Assembly (NCBI GenBank): GCA_904063045.1
Contig: CAJFCJ010000013.1
Span: 1,160,156-1,224,155 of the forward strand
Source of the DNA: Dimorphilus gyrociliatus
Taxonomy: Eukaryota > Animalia > Annelida
Length of the DNA: 64,000 nucleotides
Direction of reading: 5' to 3'
The notes under the pieces were generated by a model. That model made no database searches. It was not told the DNA's origin and saw only the letters and a program-made list of their open reading frames with translations. Made by a program: the position numbers and the translations under genes. Numbering within the stretch: position 1 is the stretch's first letter; every line of letters starts with the position of its first letter. This document shows, one piece after another, positions 33,941 through 46,600 of the stretch.

Positions 33941-36503
33941 ATGAATTCGAAACAGATGGAAGCTGGGAAGAAGGTAAAAACTCGGAGAGTGAAGAGAGAT
34001 GTCAATGGCCATTCGAGAGGTATTTCGGCCCTAATGTTGGAAAGTTATACCAATCCCGATTTCTCGAATCGTGGGCCTTTGATTAGTGTTTGTCCGAAGC
34101 AGTTCAAACCTGGTAAGAGCGGCATTCCGTCGCAAAGTGTGACGATTAAAGATTTGAAGCAGTTTCGTGCGCAAGTTCAAGAGGAGGCCGACGACGTTAC
34201 GGAGGAACTGGAAGAGAGCGCTCGCCAAGTGAAGGAAGAGATAAAGAAAATGAAGATTTCTACAACTAAGGAAGATAAAAGTGAGGAAATTTTTAAAAAA
34301 TCAAAGAACCTCTCAAATTTTATTAAGCAGCGCAAACTTTATTTGAAGTTTTTAGAAGAGAAGCAAGGTAAATCATATATTTTTTATACATTTTTTTAAA
34401 AAGAATCTCAATGAACGACCATGTTTAGAGGTTATTGGCATCGTAAGGAAGATCCACAACGAGATGATTGAATCTTGCAAACATTTGAGAAACAAAATTG
34501 ACGAATACAACGACATATGGAACGAAAAGGAATCCGACTACGCTAATTCCTCCGATCATGAGCTGATTGAAAATGAGAATCCACACAAGCTGTTCTTTCT
34601 TTTTGATTCTGTTATGCTGGAGGTGATGAAAAGTCACATTCCTCAGTGGTCACCTAATGGTCAACATTCAAAACTACGAAAGTATTTTGCTGTGAGGCAA
34701 AACCGAGATCAGTGGAGAAATAGAGATTTTCTTCCGTACAAGTACCTCAATGAGATTGGAAGAAACTTTTGCGATAGAATTTTTAAAGTCGTTCAAAGTT
34801 ATGCTGAATACGAATCTTTCAGTTGTGATTCATCAGATGCATCGAGTAAAGATGTAGAGCCTTTCCACGGACGAGCGTGTATGCCTGCTTTGGCAGAGGC
34901 CGCATATTGGTCAACTGAAGATGATCGCTCTGATATGCCTACTATTAAAGAGGTTGAAAATGAATCGGCGAGCGATGAAAAAGCTGATGTCGGAGATAGT
35001 ACTGTTATTATCAATCTCTCAGAGCTCCAACGCAACGGACACGAAATTCTACCATCTGATTCGAATATGGAATTGTCCGATTTTTGCATTAATTTGCTAA
35101 GAATTGGAATGATTCCTCTGAAAACCCAGATGGATACTGGAGCCCGACGTTCCTTGATTGCTAAAACAGCTCTGCAAAAACTCCCAAAAACCGAAGTGGC
35201 TAAACCAGAATGCATACCTAAAACCACAAACATGATTGAAATTCAAACCCATGGAGAAGTTAAGTACGAACTTCAGTTCGGAATGGGCAAAAAACTTTGC
35301 AATTTCCTGGTTTTGGACATGCATAACAATGATTTGCTTCTTGGAATAGATTTTTTCAGAGCTGTTAGAGCAACTATAAACATTGGGCTTGATATTGCGG
35401 AATTCTTTGCGGAAGGTTGCTGGCATATTATTAAGGCGATTAATGGTAGAAACAACAACTTGGACGAGATACAGCGCTACATTCAACAAAACCGTCAAAC
35501 CTACTCGACTCTATATTCGGGACTTTATCAGAATGAAAAGACCCTTTGTAGAGATGAAGCTAGACTTTATGAGGAAGGAGATACATTTTACGGGGAAGAA
35601 GATATAATTTACGGGGAAGAAGATATATTTTACGAGGAAGAGTGCATTTCTTACCAGGAAGAATACAAATCTTGCGAGGAAGAAGACAAGTCTTACGAAG
35701 AGGAGGGTAGATTGTACAAGGAAGATAAATCTTATGAGGAGGAGGACGAATCTTGCGAGGAAGAAGACAAGTCTTACGAAGAGGGCAGATTGTACAAGGA
35801 AGAAAATAAGTCTTACGAGGAGGAGAACGAATCTTGCGAGGAGGAGAACGAATCTTGCGAGGAAGAAGACAAGTCTGATGAGGAGGGCAGATTGTACAAG
35901 GAAGAAGATAAGTCTTATTGGGGGGAGGATGAATCTTGCGAGGAAGAGGACAAATTTTTTGAGGAGGGCAGATTGTTCAAGGAAGAAGATAAGTCTTACT
36001 GGGAGGAGGACGAATCTTCTGAGGAAGAAAATAAGTCTTACTGGGAGGATGACGAATCTTCCGAGGAAGAAAATAAGTCTTACTGGGAGGACGAATCTTC
36101 CGAAGAAGAAGACAAGTCTTACGAGGAAGAGCGCAGATTGTACAAGGAAGAAGATAAGTCTTACTGGGAGGAGGACGAATCTTGCGAGGAAAAAGATAAG
36201 CCTTACGAGGAAGAGAACAAGTTTTACAAAGAGAAAAACAAATCCTGTGAGGAGGCAAGCCTTTACAAGGAGAAAGACAACCACTGCCAGGAGAAAAGAG
36301 CCTCAAAAAGAAAGTCGCCACTCAATAACTACAAACCAGCTGGAGGTAAGATGGATGAAAGCAAGCAACTTTGGGCTTTGAGAAGTCTTCTAGCATATGA
36401 GGTAGCACTTGAGGAAGAGAGTGAGGAAGAGGTCAGAATCAAAGAGGAGAACGATCGTGAAATTCTCAGAAAGTTTCAGCTCATGAGAGACGGACTGAAT
36501 TAG
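33941..36503 (+). CDS. Intron-containing gene with a retropepsin-like aspartyl protease domain and acidic tandem repeats (probably retroelement-derived)
   Basis: Exons 33941-34367 and 34429-36503 join in phase 1 (about 834 aa). MDTGARRSLI at 35133-35144 and LLLGIDFF downstream are retropepsin signatures. No RT, RNase H or integrase. Confidence 0.75.
35560..36290 (+). repeat. Coding minisatellite of about 21-nt units encoding EEED[KE]S[YC], with interspersed (W)EE and GRLYK units
   Basis: Visible repetition of gaggaagaagacaagtcttac / gacgaatcttgc / ggcagattgtacaag. The repeat also explains the open +1 and antisense frames. Confidence 0.9.
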
Positions 36504-37282
36504 CTTCGAAGTCCTTTCTCTTATATCTGTTGTACTAGCTTTAATTGTCGTGACGTTTAATCTTAATAAACTCTACGTTGTGGAAAAGTTTTAAAATATC
36601 AGAAATGTCATTAACTTTCCAATTAGAGGTTAGAAAAACAACTTTTACGAAAACAACTTAAAAATAGAAACTAAGAAAAAAAATAAAAACGTTCGATTCG
36701 AACAATTGTCAAATGAATCTGGTTTCTATTATAAAAACTTTGATAACTTAACTGAATTAATCACTTTTACGTTAAAAAATCTTCATTACACATTTATTCG
36801 AACTTTTATCGACTTAAAAGGATATTTACACTTTTTTATTATTATTATGCACATAATTTTTTTATTTCCACATAAAAAGAACTCATTAAATATTTGTATT
36901 TTTGCAGTTTTTAGCAAAAGAAACTTGTAACTGCGGGCAAAAGTATATTTAGTACTTTAATATTTTTTTTTAAATCTTAGGTGTGGTCACACGAAAACAT
37001 CAATAAAAATCGCAGCAAGAGCAATTTTTTTCAAGTAAAATATTTATAAAATATATTGTTATTGTCTAAGAGCAAAGGTAAAAAGGGACATAATTAGTAT
37101 AAATTATGCTCTATTCCAGCCTGTTATTTCCTACTTTTTAGATTTTTAAATGTTTTGCAGTTGTTTTGTTAGCAATCTACGTTTAAGACGAGTTCGTTAC
37201 TTTTTCTTTGTTCGTCCTACGTTTTGCAGTTGTTGAATTGGGTAAATAAAGAAAATTAAGTATTTGGTATTATCGAACGAAG

Positions 37283-38201
37283 ATGACAACTCCTCTAAAC
37301 AAAGAGGCAAATTTGTAAGTAATTTATTATTATATATTAGCCATATTTCCGTAATCTTCAATTGTTTATTTTTAAATAAAGGGGAAATCCTAAAGAGCTA
37401 TATGATATTCTAAAATTAAGATACGATTGCACTCAAGATGGGATCAAGAAGGCCTACAGACAGGTAATAGTATTAAAAAATATAAATATACTATTTATTA
37501 AGTATATACAGTATTAGTTTATATATAGTATATAGCATAAGTTTGATTAACTTTATAATTAACTATTACAGCTTGCTTTTAAGTATCATCCCAATAGAAA
37601 TCCTAATAATCTAGCTGCTACAGAGATGGTAATAATCCCGGTTAATTATATTATCATATTATATAATCATATTATTCCTTTTTTGCAGTTTAAGGAAATT
37701 AACTACGCTCACTCAATTCTATCTGATGCTAAAACAAAAGAAATTTATGATAGATACGGACAAACTGGTCTTCAAGTTGCCAACCAATTTGGAGAAGATA
37801 ACGTTAACGCTTATCTTTTCATAAGTTATACGAAAATTATGGTAAATTCTCTAATAAGGCAATTAATATTAGCATGAATGTATCTATCGCAATGTAACTA
37901 TTTTTCAGCCTCGATGCAAATTTGTCTCTTGCGGTCTTGTTATGCTGCAGTACTTCGGTAGAAATCGTTTTTGTTCTTGTAACTTTTGCTGCCGACAATA
38001 TAAACTAGAATCCTTCCTCAACAGGGATTCAAGAGTAAGTCTATATAAAAAAACTTAAGCTCATTAACTAAATTGAATGCAACATAGGATTACGAGTCAA
38101 GCAGCGATTCTGATTCCTGGTGCGAATCACTTCTTGAAGATGATGAAGTGAATTATGATTTCAGTAATCTTCGTCTTTCATTTCATAAAGATAAGCACTG
38201 A
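37283..38201 (+). CDS. Divergent DNAJC5 paralogue with HPD changed to HPN and an eroded cysteine string
   Basis: Exons 37283-37314, 37382-37463, 37572-37628, 37689-37841, 37909-38034 and 38088-38201, all in frame. Exons 2-4 are 82, 57 and 153 nt, identical in length to DNAJC5 at 25 kb. Confidence 0.88.
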
Positions 38202-40634
38202 AGGGAGAAGTGCATAAAAAGACAAAAAGGCTTTGTTCTAACAAAATTTATTGACGTATCAAATTTCTTGGTTTTTGTTCAGCTTCCAGAAAGGAAGAAT
38301 GTTTATCTTAACCTTGAAGTAATTTAAAGTCTCTATTAGTTTAATTGTAAGAGTTAACAATTGAAATTAGTTTATTCTATGTCTTTACATTGTTCAGTTA
38401 TAGTTAACAAAGGAGAATATTGAATTTCTCTATTATCTTGAAGCGTTTATGTGCATTTATTTAGATGATATTTAATTCCAATTGAAAGCAAATTCCTTAT
38501 GAAACTTTTTCGTTCAAACGTCTTTTTTGTGGCTTTCCTCTGCATTGTCTTTTTTCTTTTGTTTCTTACCCTTCTCTGTCCTCTTTACAGCTTTCTTTTA
38601 CAAACACGAATCATATACTTACATGAAATATACTACTGCACAATTTTAATCTTTCGCTCTTAGACAGTTTTGTTTGGTAGAACATTGACATCCTCCAATA
38701 TAAGTAGAGTTTAGTTTTTGAATTATTAAATTCAACGAAGAGAACTAGAAGTTACATTACGTATGGCCTACCGATATACGGGAGAAAAAGTTCGAGTACA
38801 TCGGTAGTCTATACGTAGCGTACCATGTAGAAAACAAATTTGACAAGTATGCCTTTGGCCAGAAGTGTGATCGTCTGACTTTCGAAGGTCATTTAAAAAA
38901 CTATGTACCTTATTTAGCAGTTTAAAACTACATCTAGGACAATGAATTATCACGTAGTCTTGTAGTCCTGGATGGTGTACTTTATTCGCTTACTTTGGCC
39001 TTAGTATATTAAAAAGTATCAAGAAACGCTTCTATTAAGTTCATAGCCAAGAACTAAACATAGAAACTCGCATAAAGTTTCGTAATTAGTTAGAAAATGT
39101 TAGCTTAAAATTATGCTGCACGTGGTTTCAAAAGATGGCCATTTTGCCCTCTCAAGGTCAATCCACCATTTTGTTTTAGGGGAATTCAAGTTTGGAGCAA
39201 ATTTTCAAAATTTTAATTCCTGGACGAAATTTTGAAAAAATACCACCAAAATGTTATATAACATGCCAAGATCCTAAGTGAATATGTTACATATGATAAC
39301 GATGCTTAAATTAAGCTAAAATTAAAGTAAAAAATATGGGCTGATGACTCAGTCACGTAGGTCACGAGACATCTTGACAGGACTCACCAAATTGTATATA
39401 AGGGGACGCGATTTTTCAGTCTGCACGACAGAAAAAACGGAGGTGAGCTGATTGTTCTACTAAAAACAATGTCGTGCATGCTGAAATTTATGGGCGAACT
39501 TCAAGTTTTTAAAAGTTAGTATAAAACATTTAGAATATGTTAAAATAATCAGAATGCATATAATTATATTTCATTTTGTTGCTTTTTCACAGATTTAAGT
39601 TAACCACGTGTTTTGAAGAACATGGAACATCGCCATTTTCACAGAAGTTGACGACTGTGAAAGGCAGTTCAGATGGGCCAACTTAAAAAAGAACTACGTT
39701 TAGCCCTCTAAATGGAAGCATGCTGAACGAACGGCAACGAAGGGCTCGAGTCTGACCAAGCCGCCATTGTTTGAAAAGTACACGTGGTAGAAAGGCCTGT
39801 TGCTACGTCGAAAAGTTCCAACTTTGAAGCTAGGTTTGACAAGAACTTTCGTTAATGTAGACGAACTAACGACCCCGTGTTTTCTGTCGTCATAACCAAC
39901 TTGCTTTTAAAAATTTAGGAGAATAAATTTTTCTTCGCCCCCTTCCCCCCCCGGTTGAAAAGATTTGCAAAGTATCATAGGGCAAGATGCCGAAGCTCTG
40001 TTTTTTGTTTGCGAATCTATATTTATGCAATTATTTCTGTTTTTTTTTGTAAAATTTACAATTATTGTATGGAACACGTTAACATCTACCGAAAACAAAC
40101 CTATTCAAAGCCTTAGTGTTAGTATTTTTGTGCTTTATGTTTCTGGCTTGTTTCTCTGATCGTTTTTGTAGTCCCGTATTCTATTTGCCAAAAATTTTTT
40201 AGAACTAGCTTCCTGTCCCGTGCTGGAACCCCCTGGTTCGCACACTTTGATGGACGGAAGTAATTACTCTTTACTGAAACTGAAAGATAAACCTACAAAC
40301 TTAAATTATACTCCAAACCTTATCGTAAAAATTACTATTTTGGTACGCATTGGCAGGAGCGTCTGGCTCTTCTAATTATTTATTTGCTTTATGTAAACTT
40401 TATTTGATATGCTTTTTTTGTTTATTGTGGACTTCTTAAAAATATTTATCGGTCGCATGATTTAGATATCCATCTTAAACTTAACTATGTCGATTGTATG
40501 ATCTACTAATCTAGAACAACTCAACAATTTTTTGAAACTAGAAAGAAATACAGTCATTACATCTTTTGCTTTTGAAATATGTCTAAATTTATTTTATTTC
40601 TTCGCTGACAATGATACAATAACATGCATTAACA

Positions 40635-43600
40635 TTATAACGTACAAGTATGATCGAGAGATTCAAGGAAATCGTAATTATCAATTTCCTTTCTTTTCTT
40701 TTCGCATAATCTATTAAGTGTGTCTTCTGCTGTATCAGCAACTGTTTGCGATTCTCTCTTAAGGACCTAATTGAATATAAAATATCTTTTAAGCCAAATA
40801 ATGAACGAGTTATTTAATCAACTTACACTCAGAGCCAAATCTTTTGTATCCTGTAAACCTTTAAGAATACGGACCAAACCGACTTCAGCGCTGCATCTAA
40901 CTGCTGAATTCTTATCTTTTACTATCCTGAGAAGGATTTTGGTAAATGGTATTAATAAACTATCACGGAGCACCTCGTCATCTTTAACAGCTGTGGATAT
41001 ATAAACAATCGATTTAGCAATTACGAGTCGTACATCAATCGTGTCATTATCAATTGTTTTTTGTAAAACTTCTAAAAGACCAGAGGGAATGGTTAAGTTT
41101 GGATTTGATGCCAAGTAGTATAGCGCAAATCCCACAGCTTTCAAACCGCAAACATTCACAGGGAGTTTACTCGACATAGCCGCATATTTTATTGCTGAAC
41201 AGATTTTAGATTTAATTTCATCGTTATCGAAAATCTTTTCAGCTCCTTCTTTTAAGGCGGTCATTAAAACTAAGATGTGAGCATGTCGCTCCTCGGCTGA
41301 ACTTGATGGTGACAAAGTTTTCTCAATACTTGTTTTCAATAAAGATTGTTGGTTTTCAAAATCTTTCGCTATCAAAACCCCTAAGCAACCGGCACTAAGA
41401 TGGCGATTTGTGCTGTCGTGAAGCATTATTGAAGTCATGACTTGATGAATCTCGTCTATATTTTGTTGTCCCATATGCTCAGAGCAATAGAGAAGAGCAT
41501 ATCGAATAGTTAGAATATAGGTATCTCTCATTTGTATATCGTCTTGTTTCAATCCTTGGAGTGTATCAATAAGGAGCGATTTCATTTTTTGCATGTACGG
41601 GAAGCAAACCATCGCTAAGTTTACTGATTTCTGTCTTAAAGGTCTATTAGGTTCAGATAATCCACGAGTAATGGCGGTAGATATTTGGGAGAGGAAAAAT
41701 TTCAGCAGATGGCTAACTTTTTGCATAAGGATCATAAGACAATCAATAAGCGGTATTTTAAGTGTTACACTATGTTTTTCAGTGAGCAAACGAATAATAG
41801 AGCCGCAAAGGGCTTGTCCAACTTCCAAAAGGCTCTTCGTTGGAGACCTTCTTAAGGCATCGTGAAGCATAAGTGCCGCTCCTTCTTTCACGTCAGGTTT
41901 GGATGTCATAAGTAATTTTTTTAGAAGTCCGCTTAGAGGGACTAACCCCAGTCGAGGAACGCCAAAGCCAGGTACCTCTTTATCCTTTGCCTCACTCATA
42001 ACGAACCGCATGTTCTGACGAAGGAGCGAAATGCTCTTGGACCAGTCCTCAATGTCGAAACTATCTAGTAATACCGATAGACATTTAGTCGCTGCAGCCA
42101 AAACTTTGTCGTTCGGCACTAAATATAATGTAAACACTATTCGGGAGATCTTATCAATCCATTCCATTGGGAATGTTTTTCGAGCCTTCAAATATTTCCA
42201 TAATAAATTGCAAGCGGCTGCTCGTCTTACTAGCGATTCACTTCGACATTCATCGCTAAGGTCGTCTATAACAGCTCTTCCAGCCTGGAAATCTCGTGGG
42301 GCAGTTAGTACTTCGCAACACTCATCAAATTTATCCGAAACATCTTCCTCTTTACTTAGTACTACTAGCAACGCCGGAATTATCTTTGGTAAGAATCGGG
42401 TAAGAGAATCTCCTGCAACAGCAGCTAAATGAGCCAGTGCGGTTGTATTAATCGGAGGTGCAATGAGAACTGGGACTAGATGGGGGAGAATGACTTTGCT
42501 TTTAACTTTAAGCAATTGTTTGAGCGCATCCAATGCCCTTTCGTCCTCAGTTTCCTCCCTTAATGCTTTAGTTAACTTGGGAAGAATTTCTTCTACAGCC
42601 TTATTACCAATAGCTTCTTGAAGGACCTGGAACATATCAGCGGCCCTTTCTCGAACATTTTCAGATGGATCGATTAGAGCTTTAAACATTGTCGGTACCA
42701 ATGTATCAGCATATACAAGCAAATGATCCCTGTTACTTGATTTAACAACTTCGGCCAGACCAACACACACACCGTGTCTTTTGCTTTCTGACTCATGATC
42801 TAGACCGGTTTCCAAAATAGGAATAATTTGCGATAAAACTTTTTCGCCCAACTTTTTAACAACATCACCTAAAGCTCTGGCCGCAACTTGTCTCTTATCA
42901 TAGGAATCAGCCGACAAGAGTTCAATAATTCTGTCAAAAAGAATAGGGAGAATTTCCTTTAGCGTCTTTGGTGTATGAGAAACCACAGCCTTCCAAACGT
43001 GAGTTGCACTATTTCTAACTTGGGAAGTAACGTCCGATCGGCTCATATATAAAGCCGCAAGAACTAAATCTCTTTTTTCTATGCCAAGACCTACAAGTAG
43101 ACTTGTATTCATTTTTTCCGTTCCTAAACTATCATCTTCGTTTGATGTTTCAGTTGTCATTTTGCCAGATATACCAGTAATCTTATACAAAAGATCGCCA
43201 AGCAGAGAGATACTAGCCAGTCTTATTCTCCAATTATCATCTGTCGTACCACTTAATAATTCAGGTAACATCATTTCAATAGCGGCCTGATAGAAATTAT
43301 TTATAATACCCGTTCCACATTTTAGAGCCATATCTCTAACGTATTCATTCTCATCCGATAAGGACGTTAGTATTGGGTTAATGATAATAGGAATAAACTT
43401 TTCAAATCTTTCACCAATAATTTCTGGTAGGTAGAGAAATATCTGCAAGTGACCATCTCTTTCATATGGTGAAACATTCTCATAATCCTTAATAACGTTA
43501 ACAATTGTTAAAACGTTTCTTTCCAGTGTACTGTCGTCCGTTACGGACCAAATGTAAGATATACCTTGAGCAGCTCCTGATCTATCAACGGTTGAGTTTT

Positions 43601-46600
43601 CGCTCTTGATCATTTCTTTGAGCCATTTAATAAACGATACAACTTCAGACGAGTTCTTTACGGTTTTATAAACGCTTGCTAAAGCGGCCGCCGAATTGGC
43701 TCGAACTTCAGGTGCAGGGTCAATCAATGTTTGTTGTAATCCATTCATGACCGACTCTAAATATGGATGAACGTGCTCTTTCGATGATATAGAAAATAAA
43801 TTTCCAACGATATTCGATGCCATTGTACGATTCTGAACGCTTCTATCAAGGAAAGATCTTAAAACAACTGGCATAATTAATGCTAAAGACGGTGGATCAA
43901 CTTGATTTTGGAATCTGGTAGAAGCTAAAGTTTCTAGACAAAGTTTTGTATGTTTAGCTGGTTCAATTACTGTGTCGAGAAGTATGGGTACAACGGTTTG
44001 AATTTCTTCATTTTTTATTACATTGCCTATTCGAGATAAAGCATGACGGCCAGCCTCGGTTACTTTCTGATGGGAATCTGAAAGAGCGTCAATAAGCTTT
44101 GGAACTATACCAGGTAGGAACTCAGACAGTTGTTTTGGTGCACAAAAAGCAACAGCTCCCAACATATCAATGGATGATGCTTTCGTTCTCCAGGAGTCTA
44201 CAGTCAAACCCTTTAGGATATCAGGTAGAATAAGTTTAACCCCTGTATGAGTAAGGTTCGACATAATGGCTTTAGCTGTATCCTCAGCAGCTTCGCGTAC
44301 ATGCTTGTTCGAATCGGCGCAACAATCCAGCAGATACTGAATTAATTCAGAGACCATTGGACCACAAGCCTTACCAAGGAGATAGCAACATTTTTCGACA
44401 AGAAGAAGAGCTGATTCTCTAAATTGAAAGCATTTTTTATTGCTCAATGCCCCTTTCACTTGGTCTGTAATTTCAAAATCCCACCATCCATTAATACCGT
44501 AAGCTTTTATTAAGGCGGCAACTCCATAGGCACATCCTACCCGTTCCGCATAGGCGTTTAGTGAAAAAAGACTATTTAGCAAATGTCTAATGTAAGTAGG
44601 TAAATCGTCTTCTAAAGCGTCGGCAAGATCCGCCAAACAGTTTGCGACGGACATTTGAACAACGCTAGATGGCGTATTAAGACAGGTGATTAAACGTTTG
44701 AGTATGGAAATTACCCTCTGGTCGGACCTATCCAAGAATTTGCCAAGACTACCCAACATTACAACCGCACAGTGATGTTGTTCATCCAATATATCTGATT
44801 GTCCTTCGCTCGTCTTTATCCAATCATCAACAAGATTTATTAATTCCAAATGATAATCTTGACCAAAAGATTCAATAGCCTTTTTTGCAGAATATAGAAC
44901 TTTCTCCCGGATTATTTTATTATTATCTCTCAAAGCCAGATTTAAATAAAAGTCAACAAAAGACATAGCCAAACTTTCGTCCAATTTCATATTTACAGAT
45001 ATTAAATATAAGCAATAAATGACTGTTGATCTTTTCTCATATAAATCTGGCGAAGCTGGAACAACAATCCTTCCCATTTCATCGTATTTCGGAGGTTCTA
45101 TATGACATAAATTTTCGTAGGTCGTCATTATATCACCACAGAAAGTAGCGATGTTTTCAACTGTTTGTAACGAGTCAACGATAGCGTTAGCGGCGGCTAC
45201 TCTAACAGCTCTTTGATCATGTTGTAAGTCGTAAATTGCATAATTGATTACATTCGTATTCGGTTCGGGAATGGAATGGTTCGACAGTAGTTTTTTAACG
45301 GCCAAAGCTACCGCGTATTTCTTTGAAATTTGCAATGAAAAGCTTTCATCATCACTATCATCGTCTGCAACTGCGTAATCTTCTTCGGTACCATCGAAAT
45401 TGGCAACAAGAATCCTAGCTTGCACTCTTTCCATAATTTCTGGAGCGAATTCTTCAATAACCGTCAACAGATGATCCATACAAATAACACCCGTTTTTCG
45501 AAGAATATAATGCTTATTTTGAATAGTATCTAGGATTGTGTATACGAGTTCTAAAGAATGTTCTTCGCTCAGGTAAAATATTTTGGAAACGAAAATTTCA
45601 ATTGTTTTTCCAGTTAAATCCTCGATCGTTGCATTATTGGGCATTGAATATTTTGTAAGTAAATAAGCAATTCTATTAGCGATAAATTCAGGAGAGTCGT
45701 ATTCTTCATTAGCATGACTTAATATAATATTACATATATTTTCTCTAACTTCGGAATCGTTCAAGAAATGTTCATCAGCCGTAACTTTATCAAAAAAGCA
45801 AACAAGGAATGCCAAACCAAAAGTCGATTTTTTCTTACATTCAATATTTAAGTAAGTAATAGCACGCCTGATTTGAGCGAAGAGATCTTCAGAACTCCAA
45901 TCACTTAGAACTTTGTCAACAATTTGCCGATTACCAATTAAACGGCAAAATCCAGAGGCAACAAGTTCACGACAGAATACTTTTTGAGCATCCGCTTTCT
46001 TTCTCCATAAGAAGTCAGTCAGCTTGAACAAGCAGGCCGCCGCCAATTTAGCGGTAAGAAGAGAATTAAGATGTAGCCTAAGACTTTCCAAAACGTTCTC
46101 GATAAGATTTTCAGAAATAGAAGTTGAGCATTGTTGAAGAAGAATACAAGCTTTATCAACTTCTCCGTAAACGGCTTTTAATTTATCTCTAATTTCTTTT
46201 TCTTTTTTCATTTGAGCTTTCTTTAGCTCTTCTTGTTTTTTTGTTAAGTTTATAGCTTTACCCTCGGCAATACGCTTTCTCGTAACTTCACGCCTTATTT
46301 CAATTTCAGCTAATTGCTCTTCATAGGAATATAACTTATTTTCCTTTTTTAAATTCTTTTTAGAATCTCCTGCTTCTTCATTTATTAGAATAGATATATC
46401 CCAGAGATCGTCCTCTGGATGATTCATTATAGCCACATCTTTCTCTTCAACACCTTCAACATAATTTTCTCGAAGACCTTTCATTGATTCTTTAACAAAC
46501 TCTTTTGTGAACTTATCGTGAGTCAAAGCTAAATTTTTAACGCTCCTCTTCCAATCCTCAGATAGTTCATTTGGATTAGTAAATTTTTGGATATATTTAA

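Noticed and set aside
35560-36290. CRISPR-like repeat-spacer array
   Set aside because: The units are degenerate and codon-phased, with no unique spacers, and the context is eukaryotic.
35511-36381. Long overlapping ORFs 35511..36284 (-), 35734..36381 (+) and 35977..36321 (-)
   Set aside because: They are by-products of the purine-rich coding repeat, which lacks stops in the other frames.
33000-37000. Complete LTR retrotransposon around the DTGA protease
   Set aside because: No RT (YxDD), RNase H, integrase, PBS or flanking direct repeats seen, and the gene has a spliceosomal intron.
39803-39862. Imperfect hairpin as a pre-miRNA
   Set aside because: Only about 15 bp with bulges and a large loop, and no known mature sequence.
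40205-40260. tRNA- or SINE-like GGTTCG segment
   Set aside because: No cloverleaf or A box could be built.
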